A model generated the notes under the pieces. The model had not been told where the DNA came from and did not search any database. It worked only from the letters and a program-made list of their open reading frames with translations. Below, one piece after another: positions 9,940 through 20,573 of a DNA stretch of 64,000 nt. The stretch spans positions 733,640 through 797,639 of the forward strand of contig CP129476.1 in assembly GCA_030583805.1 (NCBI GenBank), in the 5' to 3' direction. Numbering within the stretch: the stretch's first letter is position 1; the number at the start of each line of letters is the position of its first letter. This DNA comes from Patescibacteria group bacterium (lineage in GTDB: Bacteria > Patescibacteriota > Patescibacteriia > SG8-24 > DYFX01). The position numbers were made by a program, and so were the translations under genes.

Positions 9940-10428
9940 TCAAACGCGGCGCTTCGCGTCAACCATCGAGACCGCGGCGCAATACGCGATCGCGAGCGCG
10001 TCTGCGGCATCGTCCGGCTTCGGAATCTCCTTGAGCGACAGGAGGCGCTTCACCATCTCCTGCACCTGCCGCTTGTCGGCGCCGCCGTAGCCCGTCACGG
10101 CAACCTTGATTTGCATCGGCGTAAACTCGGATATCGCCATGCCGCTCCCCTGCATGGCGAGCAATACGACGCCGCGCGCTTCGCTGACCGTCATGGCCGT
10201 CTTCACGTTCTTCTGGAAGAACAATTTTTCGACGCCGACATGTACCGGCTGATGCTCGCTGATCAGCGCGTTCAAAGCGTCGTGCAAATACGACAAGCGT
10301 TCCGGCTGCGGCATCCCTTTCGGCGTTTCCAAACAGCCGTGCGTCAAATGCGTCAGCTTGGTTCCGTCTTTGCGGAGAACGCCGTAGCCGAGACGCGCCG
10401 TGCCCGGATCGATGCCGAGCACGATCAT
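9940..10428 (-). CDS. ruvC: crossover junction endodeoxyribonuclease RuvC
   Basis: MIVLGIDPGTARLGYGVL...HVGVEKLFFQKN...ADALAIA, the canonical RuvC layout. Its ATG overlaps the yebC stop (ATGA). Confidence 0.9.
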   Translation of the reverse strand: MIVLGIDPGTARLGYGVLRKDGTKLTHLTHGCLETPKGMPQPERLSYLHDALNALISEHQPVHVGVEKLFFQKNVKTAMTVSEARGVVLLAMQGSGMAISEFTPMQIKVAVTGYGGADKRQVQEMVKRLLSLKEIPKPDDAADALAIAYCAAVSMVDAKRRV

Positions 10429-11147
10429 AGCTCGACGTTGGTATGTACGGCTTTGACGTCTTCGTCCGCTTCAAGCGCGTCGAGGAGATCCGAGAGCGCC
10501 TGTTTCTGTTCTTCCGGCGCGGTGAGCGTTTCTTTGGCGACGTATTCGGCTTCGGCGGAAGCAATTTTAAAACCGGCCTTCTCGATTTTGGCGCGCACGT
10601 CGACGAGATCGGCGAACGACGTCACGACCGTCCAGCCCTGTTCGGCGCGCTTGATGTCCTCCGCGCCGGCTTCGATCAGTTGCATCTCGACGTCGTCCGG
10701 ATCTTTTCCTTCAAGTTCCTCGGCAGGAATCGCAATGACGCCCTTGCGCTCGAACATCCAGGCGACGGAACCGGTCGCGCCGAGGTTGCCGCCGTTCTTG
10801 CTCAAGTAGTTTTTAACGTTGGAAACGGTGCGCGTGCGGTTATCCGTGACAGTTTCAATCAGGAGCGCCGCGCCGCCCGGGCCATAGCCCTCGTAGTTGA
10901 GTTCCTCGAGCGCTTCCGATTCCAGCTCCCCCGTCCCTTTCTTGATGGCGCGCTCGATGTTGTCCTTCGGCATGAAAGCCTCCTTCGCCTTCTCGATCGC
11001 CGTGTACAACTTGGCGTTCATGGCCGGGTCTCCCCCTTTTTCTTTCGCCGCCATCGTGATGGCGCGTCCGAGCTGCGTGAATTTGGCGGCGCGCTGCGCG
11101 TCCGCCTTGCCTTTGCCGAGCTTGATGTTTTGCCAGTGGCGTCCCAT
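10425..11147 (-). CDS. yebC: YebC/PmpR family DNA-binding transcriptional regulator
   Basis: Trimmed to MGRHWQNIKLGKGKADAQRAAKF, the canonical YebC N-terminus. Body motifs ENTYEGYGPGG and LETVTDNRTRT are present. Confidence 0.85.
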   Translation of the reverse strand: MGRHWQNIKLGKGKADAQRAAKFTQLGRAITMAAKEKGGDPAMNAKLYTAIEKAKEAFMPKDNIERAIKKGTGELESEALEELNYEGYGPGGAALLIETVTDNRTRTVSNVKNYLSKNGGNLGATGSVAWMFERKGVIAIPAEELEGKDPDDVEMQLIEAGAEDIKRAEQGWTVVTSFADLVDVRAKIEKAGFKIASAEAEYVAKETLTAPEEQKQALSDLLDALEADEDVKAVHTNVEL

Positions 11148-11222
11148 AGGTGTGTTTGTGGCCAAAGTATCCCAAAATAAGGCCAAATCGTCAATAAAAA
11201 AGACCTCACGAGGGTTCGTGGG

Positions 11223-11603
11223 TCAGAGACGCGCGGAAAGATGGTCGAGGCCGAGCTCGTGCAGCAGGGCGTGCCGGCGATCGTCGTAGGCCGACGCGGT
11301 CAGGCGCGTGGCCTTGCGGCGCGCGAAGGCGCGGAAGTCGTAGACGTTCGGGAAGCCGGTCAACGACCCCTCCCCCTCGAAGGCGCAGACGGTACACATC
11401 CGCCGCGGCGGGATCGTCTCGGCGTCGCTCGGGGGCGAACCGATCGTGTCGATCTCGCGCTCGAGGATCTCGCCTTCGTGCGGGCAGTCCTCCTGCATCA
11501 GGTCGGTCAGGCGCTTGCGCTCCCGCTCGGCCATGCTGATCGTGCCGTTCTGGGTGCGGATGTTCCTGACGTACAGCTCGCGATCGAAACGGGTTGTCGA
11601 CAT
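11223..11603 (-). CDS. hypothetical protein (126 aa) with CxxC...CxxC pairs
   Basis: Trimmed to the ATG at 11603 with SD gaggag. Cys pairs CPHEG...CTVC suggest a zinc ribbon. No family recognised. Confidence 0.45.
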   Translation of the reverse strand: MSTTRFDRELYVRNIRTQNGTISMAERERKRLTDLMQEDCPHEGEILEREIDTIGSPPSDAETIPPRRMCTVCAFEGEGSLTGFPNVYDFRAFARRKATRLTASAYDDRRHALLHELGLDHLSARL

Positions 11604-11685
11604 GCCAGCTCCTCTTCGGTCTTTTCGTATCTCAGCGAAAATCAGGCATTTTGTCAATAAAAAACCCCTCCTGAAAGGAGGGTGT

Positions 11686-12312
11686 TTACGGTTTGCGCTC
11701 GCAGCGCACGCGGATCGGTCCGCGGCCCATGCCGTAGAGGCTATGCGGAAACGAGAGGGTCGCGAATTGGCCGAGCGCGGACAGATCGGTCGAGACGTGG
11801 CACAGATCGCTTGTACGCATTTCGAGTCCAAGAGCGGAGAGCGAGGTCTGCGCCAGATGCTCGATGATCCGTACAATCTCGGGTGACGGAATCTCGAAAA
11901 GATTCAAACCGCGTTCCCTGCCGCGAATCATGATGCGCGGCGTCGGATCGAGCTCGGAGATCGGATCACCCGAAGGCGTCAGCAGGACGTCCCGCGCGGC
12001 ATGGTACTCGCACGTCGCCGTACCAAGCGGAAAAACCCTCAGGCACATCGCCTCGAAAACGACGACCATCGGTTCATAGACGGCGTCATAGACTTTTCCG
12101 GCTCTGATCCACGTGTCGCGGAAACCGGCCCTGCCCGTTTCGTCCCACGGGACGCGGGCGCCGTACTCCTCGTGAATCGTGCGAATGATCGGCGTTCCGA
12201 AGACCTCGGCGCAGTCGTCGATCGTCTTCGACATGGCATCCAAAACTTTGGCGAGGTCGAACCGAAGCCCGTCCTCGACCAAGACGGCCTGGCCGTCGGT
12301 AAAGGTGGGCAT
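11686..12312 (-). CDS. hypothetical protein (208 aa)
   Basis: Trimmed to the ATG at 12312 with SD ggagg. It lies between rpoC and yebC. No family recognised. Confidence 0.45.
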   Translation of the reverse strand: MPTFTDGQAVLVEDGLRFDLAKVLDAMSKTIDDCAEVFGTPIIRTIHEEYGARVPWDETGRAGFRDTWIRAGKVYDAVYEPMVVVFEAMCLRVFPLGTATCEYHAARDVLLTPSGDPISELDPTPRIMIRGRERGLNLFEIPSPEIVRIIEHLAQTSLSALGLEMRTSDLCHVSTDLSALGQFATLSFPHSLYGMGRGPIRVRCERKP

Positions 12313-12377
12313 GCTTTCCTCCTGCCTCCAGCATAGAGGAAGCTCAGAACCGCGCAAGTCCCTCGCGCACGCACGAA

Positions 12378-12400
12378 AAAACGCCCTTTCGGGCGTTTCT
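12378..12400. terminator. rho-independent terminator after rpoC
   Basis: aaaaacgccc-tttc-gggcgtttctt, with the hairpin followed by a T-run on the minus strand. Confidence 0.65.
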
Positions 12401-12409
12401 TCTCTCCAT

Positions 12410-15400
12410 TTAGGAGCGGGGGTCGAGGCTGGGAGAGATGATCTGATCGACCGTAATCGCCGCTTCGCCGGGCTTGTGGAAGCCCGTACCTGCGGGGATG
12501 AGGCGGCCGATGATGACGTTCTCCTTGAGGCCTTCGAGCTTGTCGAGCTTGCCGGAGACGGCAGCGTTGATCAGCACCTTGGCGGTTTCCTGGAAGGAAG
12601 CGGCCGAGAGGAAGCTTTCCGTCGAGAGCGACACCTTGGTGATACCGAGGAAGAGCTCGTCGGCTTCCGCCGGTGTCTTCTTCAAGGTCTTCACGCGGGC
12701 GTTCTCTTCTTCGAAGACGGCGCGTTCGACGGTCTCGCCCGGAAGGAGTTCGGTGTCGCCGGCTTCCTTCACGTACACGCGCGAGAACATCTGCTTGATG
12801 ATCACTTCGATGTGCTTGTCGTTGAGCTTTTGGCCCTGCGACGAGTAAATCTTCTGCGTCTCGTGGGTCAAGTACGTCTGAACCGCTTCGCGGCCCTTGT
12901 ACTTGTAGAGCTCTTGGAGATCGAGGTCGCCTTCCGTGAGCTGGTCGCCCGGCTCGACGGCCTGGCCGTCCTTCACGTAGAGGACGTAGCCCGGAGGAAT
13001 GACGTACTCGGTGTCCTTGTTCGCTTCGCCGACCAGCGTGATCGAGGTCTTGGCGACCTTGACGACGCCGCCGAAGGGCGCCCATTCCTTGGTGCCGTCC
13101 TGGCGGTTGATGAGCGACTGGCCCTGCGCGACCTTCTCGCCGTCTTTGACGGCGATCTCGTCGCCCTTGAGCGCCTTGAACTTCACTTCGGCTTCTTCGG
13201 TGTGGCTGATGCGGATCACCTTGGAGCCGGAGAGGCTGTCGACGATGCGCTCGCCGGTGGCCGTCTCAATGATGCGGCGTTCGACTTCCTGGATCTTGGC
13301 GATGCCGGCGACGTCGGCCATGAAAGCCTTGCGCTTCGGCGGGCGCGCTTCGAAGAGTTCTTCGACGCGCGGGAGACCCTGGGTGATGTCGGAGCCGGCG
13401 ACGCCGCCGGTGTGGAACGTACGCATGGTGAGCTGGGTGCCCGGTTCGCCGATGGACTGCGCGGCGATGATGCCGACGGCGGTGCCCATGCGGACGAGCT
13501 TGTTGTAGCCCAGGTCGTAGCCGTAGCACTTCTGGCAGACGCCTTTGCGCTCCTTGCAGGTGAGCACCGAGCGGACTTTGACCGAAGGGATTTCGAGCTT
13601 CACCATCTCGCGAGCGTTGGCTTCCGTGACGATGTCGCCAGCTTTGACGATGGCCTTGCCCGTTTCGGGATGTTTGACGGTTTCGAGCGCCGTGCGGCCG
13701 ACCGTGCGGGCGGCGACGGTCTCGCCCATTTCCTTCGATTCAACCGCGGTGATTTCCATGCCTTCCTCGGTACCGCAGTCTTCGCTATGGATGACCACGT
13801 CCTGGGCGACGTCGACGAGACGGCGCGTGAGGTAACCGGCGTTGGCGGTACGAAGCGCGGTGTCGGTAAGACCCTTACGCGCGCCGTGCGTCGAGATGAA
13901 GAATTCGAGCACGTCGAAGCCTTCTTTGAAGCCCTTCTTGATCGGCAGCTCGATAATGTCGCCGCGCGGGTTGACCACGAGACCCTTCACGCCGACCATC
14001 TGGGTCAGCTGGGACCAGGAACCGCGAGCGCCGGATTCGATCATGGAGGCGACCGAACCTTCGCGCGGGAGCTGTTCCTTGGCGAGCTTCGTGATGCGGT
14101 CCTTGATCTCCGTCCAGACCTTGATGATCTGGAGGTAGCGTTCGTGCTGCGTCAGCAAGCCTTCGCCGTACTGTTCTTCGACTTCTTCGACGCGCTTCTC
14201 GCCTTCCGCGAGGAGATCGGGCTTGCCTTTGATCGTCGGCAAGTCGTCCATGCCCCAGGAGAAGCCTGACTTCGAAGCGTAGTGGAAACCGAGCTCCTTG
14301 AAGTCGTCGAGGAGCGCGGCTGCGCGCTCGGCGCCGTGGAACTCGAGGCAGAGACGGATGAGGTCAGCCGACTTCTTGGTGTCGAGCGCTTCGGAGATGC
14401 GCGGCAAGCCTTCCGGCAGGACGCTGTTCAGGAGAATGCGGCCCTGCGACGTCTCGACCGGCTTTTCGCCCTTGTCGACGCGGCAGATAACCTTCTCGTT
14501 CAGCTTGATGTTGCCGGTCTGGTAGGCCAAGCGGACTTCCGACGGGGACGCGAACGTTTTGACGGTACCGTCGGCGCGGTCGGTGAAGCGCGAGAGGTAG
14601 TGGATGCCCCAAACGATGTCCTTGTTCAACATCGCCGGCGGCGCGCCCGTGGCGGGCTTGAGCAGGTTCTTGGAGGAAAGCATGAGCTCGCCCGCTTCGC
14701 GCTTGGCCTCTTCGGTCAGCGGAACGTGGACGGCCATTTGGTCGCCGTCGAAGTCGGCGTTGAACGCCGGGCAGACCATCGGGTGCAGCTGGATCGCCTT
14801 GCCTTCGATGAGCGTCGGCTGGAAAGCCTGGATCGAAAGGCGGTGGAGCGTCGGAGCGCGGTTCAGCATCACGTAGCTCTTCTTGGTGATCTGTTCGAGG
14901 ATGTCCCAAATTTCCGAGCGGCCGGATTCGATGAAGCGGTTGGCCGAGCGGATGTTGTGGCAGAGCTCGAGCTTGATCAGCTCGGCGATGACGAACGGCT
15001 TGAAGAGCTCGAGCGCCATGCGCTTCGGAAGACCGCACTGGGAGAGCTTGAGGCGCGGACCGACGACGATGACCGAGCGGCCGGAGTAGTCGATGCGCTT
15101 ACCGAGCAAGTTCTGGCGGAAACGGCCCTGCTTGCCCTTCAGCTGGTCGGCGAGCGACTTCAGCTGGCGCTTGCGGCCGGTCGTGGCGATGACGGTCTTC
15201 GACTGGCGGGCGCTGTTGTCGATGAGCGCGTCGACCGCTTCCTGGAGCATGCGCTTTTCGTTGCGCGAAATGACTTCAGGAGCGTTGAGTTCCTGGAGGC
15301 GCTTCAGGCGGTTGTTGCGGTTGATGACGCGGCGATAGAGGTCGTTCAGGTCGGAGGTCGCGAAGCGGCCGCCGTCGAGCGAGACCATCGGGCGGAGATC

Positions 15401-16321
15401 CGGCGGGATGATCGGAATGGCGGTCATGATCATCCACTCGGGGCGGATGTTGTTGCGATCGAGGTTGCGGAGCAGCTTGACGCGGCGAACGAGCTTGTCT
15501 TTCTTCGCGCCAAACGCGTCGACCAGCTCGGCTTCGAGCTGCTTGATCGTCTTCTTGAGATCGACGGCCTTGAGGAGGTCGTAGACCGCCTCGGCGCCGA
15601 TGCCGGCCTCGAAGAGGTGGCCGAACTTGAGCGACCACGTCTGGTAGACGTGCTCGGAAATGATGCGCATCGGTTCGAGCTCCTTGAGCTCGCGCATCGT
15701 GTCGTTGTAGTCCTCTTCGAGCGAGGCCATCTTGGACTCGTTGACCTCGAGCGCCTTCTTCAGCTCCTTTTCAGAAGCGTCCTTGGCGCGGAGCTGTTCC
15801 ATCTGGCGCTCGGCTTCGTTCTCGAGCATCTTGCGCTTGCCCTTGTACTCCTGCTTGAGCGCTTCGATCGTCTGGAGTTTGCCCTCCATGTCGACCTTCG
15901 TGATGATGAAGTTCGCGAAGTAGATGACCTTTTCGAGGTTCATCACCGACATATCGAGCACGAGACCGATCTTGCCCGGGATCGAGCGGAGGAACCAGAT
16001 GTGGGACACCGGGCTCGAGAGATCGATGTGGCCCATGCGCTCGCGGCGCACCAGCGAGTGCGTGACTTCCACGCCGCACTTTTCGCAGACGATGCCCTTG
16101 TAGCGCACTTTTTTGTACTTGCCGCAGTAGCACTCCCAGTCCTTGGAAGGACCGAAGATTTCCTCGGCGAAGAGACCGCCCTTTTCAGGCTTCTGGGTGC
16201 GGTAGTTGATGGTTTCCGGTTTCGTCACCTCGCCGTACGACCACTCGTGGATCACTTCCGGAGAAGCGATCTTGAGGCGGATCGCGTCGAAGTCGATGAC
16301 CTTGGCTTCTTGTCGCATCAT
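12410..16321 (-). CDS. rpoC: DNA-directed RNA polymerase subunit beta'
   Basis: 1303 aa. [22 protein letters not shown], zinc-binding [23 protein letters not shown], the catalytic NADFDGDQM motif and the trigger-loop region. Confidence 0.97.
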   Translation of the reverse strand: MMRQEAKVIDFDAIRLKIASPEVIHEWSYGEVTKPETINYRTQKPEKGGLFAEEIFGPSKDWECYCGKYKKVRYKGIVCEKCGVEVTHSLVRRERMGHIDLSSPVSHIWFLRSIPGKIGLVLDMSVMNLEKVIYFANFIITKVDMEGKLQTIEALKQEYKGKRKMLENEAERQMEQLRAKDASEKELKKALEVNESKMASLEEDYNDTMRELKELEPMRIISEHVYQTWSLKFGHLFEAGIGAEAVYDLLKAVDLKKTIKQLEAELVDAFGAKKDKLVRRVKLLRNLDRNNIRPEWMIMTAIPIIPPDLRPMVSLDGGRFATSDLNDLYRRVINRNNRLKRLQELNAPEVISRNEKRMLQEAVDALIDNSARQSKTVIATTGRKRQLKSLADQLKGKQGRFRQNLLGKRIDYSGRSVIVVGPRLKLSQCGLPKRMALELFKPFVIAELIKLELCHNIRSANRFIESGRSEIWDILEQITKKSYVMLNRAPTLHRLSIQAFQPTLIEGKAIQLHPMVCPAFNADFDGDQMAVHVPLTEEAKREAGELMLSSKNLLKPATGAPPAMLNKDIVWGIHYLSRFTDRADGTVKTFASPSEVRLAYQTGNIKLNEKVICRVDKGEKPVETSQGRILLNSVLPEGLPRISEALDTKKSADLIRLCLEFHGAERAAALLDDFKELGFHYASKSGFSWGMDDLPTIKGKPDLLAEGEKRVEEVEEQYGEGLLTQHERYLQIIKVWTEIKDRITKLAKEQLPREGSVASMIESGARGSWSQLTQMVGVKGLVVNPRGDIIELPIKKGFKEGFDVLEFFISTHGARKGLTDTALRTANAGYLTRRLVDVAQDVVIHSEDCGTEEGMEITAVESKEMGETVAARTVGRTALETVKHPETGKAIVKAGDIVTEANAREMVKLEIPSVKVRSVLTCKERKGVCQKCYGYDLGYNKLVRMGTAVGIIAAQSIGEPGTQLTMRTFHTGGVAGSDITQGLPRVEELFEARPPKRKAFMADVAGIAKIQEVERRIIETATGERIVDSLSGSKVIRISHTEEAEVKFKALKGDEIAVKDGEKVAQGQSLINRQDGTKEWAPFGGVVKVAKTSITLVGEANKDTEYVIPPGYVLYVKDGQAVEPGDQLTEGDLDLQELYKYKGREAVQTYLTHETQKIYSSQGQKLNDKHIEVIIKQMFSRVYVKEAGDTELLPGETVERAVFEEENARVKTLKKTPAEADELFLGITKVSLSTESFLSAASFQETAKVLINAAVSGKLDKLEGLKENVIIGRLIPAGTGFHKPGEAAITVDQIISPSLDPRS

Positions 16322-16345
16322 ATTGGTGTGGCTTTGCGTGATGCG

Positions 16346-19300
16346 TTAGAGGCTGCGGTCGCCGCGGAACGGCGACGGCGGAGCGGCCGGGTCTTCGGAG
16401 TCGAGATCGACTTTCTCGTACTGCCCGTCTTCGCGCTCCTTGAGGAGTTCGACGTCGAGGGCGAGACCCTTAAGTTCGCGGACGAGGACGTTGAAGGATT
16501 CAGGGATGTTGAGCTTCTTGATCTGTTCTCCCTTGATGATCGCTTCGTAGGCGCGGCTGCGGCCCGGGACGTCGTCCGATTTGATGGTGAGGATTTCCTG
16601 GAGCGAGTGCGCGGCGCCGTAGGCTTCGAGCGCCCAGACTTCCATTTCGCCGAAGCGCTGGCCGCCGAACTGAGCTTTACCTCCGAGCGGCTGCTGCGTG
16701 ATCAAGGAGTACGGACCGATCGAGCGCTGGTGGATCTTGTCTTCCACCATGTGGTTCAGCTTCAGCATGTACTTGTAGCCGACCGTGACCTTGTGGTCGT
16801 AGGCGGCGCCGGTGCGGCCATCGTACAAATGCATCTGTCCGTCTTCGGTGAAGCCGGCTTTCTTGAGTTCGCCCTTGATCTGCTCTTCGGTCACGCCGCT
16901 GAAGACCGGGGTCACGACGCGGTAATTCAACGCGTTCGCGGCGAGGCCGAGATGCGTCTCGAGGATTTGACCGAGGTTCATACGCGAAGCGACGCCCAGC
17001 GGAGACAGGAGAATGTCGACCGGGGTGCCGTCTTCCATGAACGGCATGTCTTCGATCGGGACGATGCGCGAGATGACGCCCTTGTTGCCGTGGCGGCCGG
17101 CCATCTTGTCGCCGACTTGGATTTTGCGGAGGTCGGCGATCGAAATCTGAATGGCCTGAATGACGCCCGGGGACAATTTGTCGCCGGCTTCGCGGGAGAA
17201 GACCTTGATGTCGATCACCTTGCCGCGCTCGCCGTGCTCGAGGTAGAGCGAGGAGTCGCGCACGTCGCGGGCCTTTTCGCCGAAGATGGCGCGGAGAAGT
17301 TTTTCTTCCGCGGAAAGTTCGGTTTCGCCCTTCGGCGTGATCTTGCCGACCAGGATGTCGCCCGAAGCGACTTCGGCGCCGATGCGGATGACGCCGTTCT
17401 CGTCGAGGTTGCGGAGTTTTTCTTCCGACACGTTCGGGATGTCGGCGGTGACCATTTCAGGGCCGAGCTTCGTTTCGCGCACTTCGACCGTGTAGTTCTC
17501 GATATGGATCGAGGTATAGCGGTCGTTGTGCACCATGCGCTCGGAAAGGATGATGGCGTCTTCGTAGTTGTAGCCTTCCCACGAGAGGAACGCGACCAAG
17601 ACGTTCTGGCCGAGCGCGAGCTCGCCGCCGTCGGTGGCCGGGCCGTCCGCGAGCGCGTCGCCCTTCTTGACCTTCTGGCCCGGGAGGACGATCGGGCGCT
17701 GGTTGATGCAGGTGGAGTGGTTGGAGCGGACGAACTTGTTCAGGGCGTAGGTCTTGCGGGTACCATCGTCGCCCGTGAGTTCGATCGTGTCGCTTTGGAT
17801 CTTGGTGATTTCGCCGTCAAAGTCGGCCAGGACGACGTGGCCGGAGTCGCGCGCGGAGCGCATTTCCATGCCCGTGCCGACGATCGGCGCGTCCGGCTTG
17901 ATGGTCGGGATCGCTTGGCGCTGCATGTTCGTACCCATGAGGGCGCGAACGGCGTCGTCATGTTCCAAGAACGGGATGCAGGCGGTCGCGACGGAAATAA
18001 TCTGGCGCGAGTTCACGTCCATGTATTCGATGGCGTCGCTCGGCACCGTGGCCGGTTCGCCATGGCGGCGGCCCGGGACTTTTTCCTGGATGAAGTAGCC
18101 CTTCTCGTCGATCGGCGTCGTGGCCGCGGTCGTGACGACTTTTTCTTCCTGGAAGGCGTTCAAATAGACGACTTCGTCGGTGACGCGCGTGCGGCCGTCC
18201 TTCTCTTTCACGACTTTGCGGTACGGGGTTTCGATGAAGCCGTATTCGTTGATACGGGCGTACGTCGAAAGATGGCCGACCATGCCGATGTTCGGTCCTT
18301 CCGGAGTGGCGATCGGGCAAATGCGGCCGTAGTGCGTGCGGTGCACGTCGCGGACGTCGAAACCGGCGCGCTCGCGGGAGAGACCGCCGGGACCCATCGC
18401 GGAGAGGCGGCGCTTGTGCTCGAGTTCGGCCAGCGGGTTCGTCTGGTCCATGAACTGCGAAAGCTGCGAGCTCATGAAGAATTCGCGGATGACGCCGATG
18501 ACCGGGCGCGCGTTGATCAGCTTGGACGGCGTGAGCTGCGTGATGTCCATCGTGGACATGCGGTCCTTGATGATGCGCTCCATGCGGGCGAGACCGACGC
18601 GAAGGCGGTTCTGCACGAGTTCACCGACCGCGCGGACGCGGCGGTTACCGAGGTGGTCGACGTCGTCGGAGTCTTCCTGCGAGTTGTTGAGGCGGATAAT
18701 CTCGCGGACGATCATCACGATGTCCTCCTTCTTCAGGATGCGGTGTTCCGGCTTCTCGATCTCGTCCTTGGTGGACTGAAGGCCAAAACGCTGCGAGAAC
18801 TTGTAGCGGCCGACGCGATGCAGGTCGTAGCGGTCGAAGTTGAAGAACATCGAGTGGATCAGCGAGCGGGCGTTGTCCGTCGTGGCCATGTCGCCCGGGC
18901 GGATGCGCTTGTAGACCTCGCGGAGGCCGTCTTCTTCGTTCTTGGCTTCGTCCTTGCCCAACGTCGCCTTGATGTAGGTGTGGTTCGGGTGCGTGTCGAT
19001 ATCGGCAAAAAGGGCCGAGATCTCCTCGTCCGTGGCGTAGCCGAAGGCGCGCATGAGAGCCGTGACGGCCACGCGGCGCTTGCGGTCGATTTTCACCCAG
19101 ATGACGTCGTTGGCGTCCGTTTCCATTTCGAGCCAGGCGCCGCGGTTCGGGATGATCTTCGCGCCGAAGTATTTGCGGCCGCGGTTCATCTCATGCGTGA
19201 AGAACACGCCGGCGGAGCGGACGAGCTGCGAGACGACGACGCGCTCGATGCCGTTGATGATGTACGTGCCGCGGTCGGTCATGACCGGGAAGTCGCCGAG

Positions 19301-19636
19301 GAAGATTTCCTGCTCGCGCACGTCGCCCGTGCGCTTGTTGACGAGTTTCGTCTTCACGCGCAGCGACGCTTCATACGTCAGGTTCTTGGCCATCGACGTC
19401 TTCTCGTCGAACTTCGGCTCGTCGAGGTAGTAGTCCTGGAAATAAAGTTCGAGGTCGCGGCCGATGAAATCCTTGACCGGCGTCACTTCGTCGAACAGTT
19501 CGCGAAGGCCCTCCTTGAAGAGCCAGGCGTACGAATCTTTCTGAACCTCGATCAGGTCGGGAAGCTGGAAGACTTCCTTCAGTTTGGAAAACGATGTGCG
19601 TTCCATCGTCTTCGGCACGGTACGCGTGATCTGCAT
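16346..19636 (-). CDS. rpoB: DNA-directed RNA polymerase subunit beta
   Basis: [19 protein letters not shown]-terminus plus conserved blocks ([10 protein letters not shown], rif-region [38 protein letters not shown]). Start trimmed to MQITRTVPK (19636), matching the usual N-terminal length. The listed ORF extends to 19756. Confidence 0.95.
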   Translation of the reverse strand: MQITRTVPKTMERTSFSKLKEVFQLPDLIEVQKDSYAWLFKEGLRELFDEVTPVKDFIGRDLELYFQDYYLDEPKFDEKTSMAKNLTYEASLRVKTKLVNKRTGDVREQEIFLGDFPVMTDRGTYIINGIERVVVSQLVRSAGVFFTHEMNRGRKYFGAKIIPNRGAWLEMETDANDVIWVKIDRKRRVAVTALMRAFGYATDEEISALFADIDTHPNHTYIKATLGKDEAKNEEDGLREVYKRIRPGDMATTDNARSLIHSMFFNFDRYDLHRVGRYKFSQRFGLQSTKDEIEKPEHRILKKEDIVMIVREIIRLNNSQEDSDDVDHLGNRRVRAVGELVQNRLRVGLARMERIIKDRMSTMDITQLTPSKLINARPVIGVIREFFMSSQLSQFMDQTNPLAELEHKRRLSAMGPGGLSRERAGFDVRDVHRTHYGRICPIATPEGPNIGMVGHLSTYARINEYGFIETPYRKVVKEKDGRTRVTDEVVYLNAFQEEKVVTTAATTPIDEKGYFIQEKVPGRRHGEPATVPSDAIEYMDVNSRQIISVATACIPFLEHDDAVRALMGTNMQRQAIPTIKPDAPIVGTGMEMRSARDSGHVVLADFDGEITKIQSDTIELTGDDGTRKTYALNKFVRSNHSTCINQRPIVLPGQKVKKGDALADGPATDGGELALGQNVLVAFLSWEGYNYEDAIILSERMVHNDRYTSIHIENYTVEVRETKLGPEMVTADIPNVSEEKLRNLDENGVIRIGAEVASGDILVGKITPKGETELSAEEKLLRAIFGEKARDVRDSSLYLEHGERGKVIDIKVFSREAGDKLSPGVIQAIQISIADLRKIQVGDKMAGRHGNKGVISRIVPIEDMPFMEDGTPVDILLSPLGVASRMNLGQILETHLGLAANALNYRVVTPVFSGVTEEQIKGELKKAGFTEDGQMHLYDGRTGAAYDHKVTVGYKYMLKLNHMVEDKIHQRSIGPYSLITQQPLGGKAQFGGQRFGEMEVWALEAYGAAHSLQEILTIKSDDVPGRSRAYEAIIKGEQIKKLNIPESFNVLVRELKGLALDVELLKEREDGQYEKVDLDSEDPAAPPSPFRGDRSL

Positions 19637-20007
19637 ACGCAGTCGGGTGGAGTGAAGGTTTTTCTGCAACGACAGAAAAACCAGGGGTGAGTAAATACCC
19701 CACTCCGGGCCTCTATCAGACAGTTCAGCCAGAGGTCGGACAGTGGCGATCGCCACCGCGGTTTTTCGCGTTTTACCCTAAAAAACAACAACTCGCCCTT
19801 CCGCAGGGAGAGTGCGTTTTAGCTGTGGTAAACGGAGCGGAAAACCACGGTATTGAATTCTGCACAAGACTATCATGGCACTTATCCCCTGTCAAGGAAA
19901 AACTGGCGAACGTGTCAAGGGGATAGATAATACCCGCTTTTGACAGCATATAATGACAGGAATTGAGCCTAATTTTAGAAATAATACGCTTTATCTGCCA
20001 GAAGGTA

Positions 20008-20036
20008 TTGACAAAATCCGTGTTCCGTGCTAGAGT
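20008..20036 (+). promoter_or_regulatory. sigma-70-like promoter driving the structured leader and hypothetical gene
   Basis: TTGACA (20008-20013), a 17-nt spacer, then TAGAGT (20031-20036). Confidence 0.5.
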
Positions 20037-20042
20037 ATCCGG

Positions 20043-20573
20043 TCAGAAAGATCCTTCCCCCGAGAGACATGGTGGGTTCGTCCCGATGTCGGCTTCGGCC
20101 GTTATACGGGGCACAGACGTCTCCTTGCGTGTTTTTCCGGCTTCGGCTGGAAAAGCTCACGAGGCACGGCTGCGGAACGCGACGCTTCGGCGTACTGCGG
20201 ACCATAACCCTCCAGTTCTGTCGGAGGAAGGATCGCCCCGTGCACGGGGCCGCCTCATTTCCATGGTTGACTTGGAGGAGTGCTATCCCGAAAGGCCCTC
20301 AAAAAGCCGGAAGGGACGAGTTCACCTTCGCAGGAAGATTCCGGCTCCGGCTGGAACCCTCCTCCGAGCGAGCTCGCAAGGCGCGTCGCTTCGGCGAATG
20401 CGCCAACCAACGCCTCCAAATCAACCGTGGAAACACAGGCCGGCTCAATAGTGAGCCGGCCTGTTGCGTCTACGGGACACCCTGTTCTAGGGTGCGTTAC
20501 ATGTCACGTTCGATGGACGTGGGGTAACACCCACACAACTGCCGACTACCAGCGTCGGCGTAAGGAGGGAGTC
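20043..20573 (+). ncRNA. candidate structured RNA or very long 5' leader (~530 nt, GC-rich, four cUUCGg tetraloop hairpins)
   Basis: Four GCTTCGGC hairpins at about 20090, 20147, 20181 and 20385. Further hairpins: ccccgtgcacgggg and the 10-bp stem ggccggctca-atag-tgagccggcc. There is no convincing coding potential before the strong SD at 20563-20571. Confidence 0.35.

Noticed and set aside
12179-19690. Very long plus-strand ORFs (696 aa and 1,802 aa) antisense to rpoC and rpoB
   Set aside because: The opposite strand encodes unmistakable RNAP beta and beta' proteins. The antisense ORFs have Ala/Arg/Gly/Val-dominated low-complexity translations typical of stop-poor high-GC DNA.
20043-20573. 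Attempted identification of the structured region as RNase P RNA, tmRNA or SRP RNA
   Set aside because: There is only a weak resemblance (ACACAGGCCGGCUCA against the RNase P P4 strand ACAGAACCCGGCUUA). The element order is wrong, and the GGAAAGUCCGG, tmRNA T-arm/CCA and SRP domain IV motifs are all absent. I left it as an unclassified candidate.
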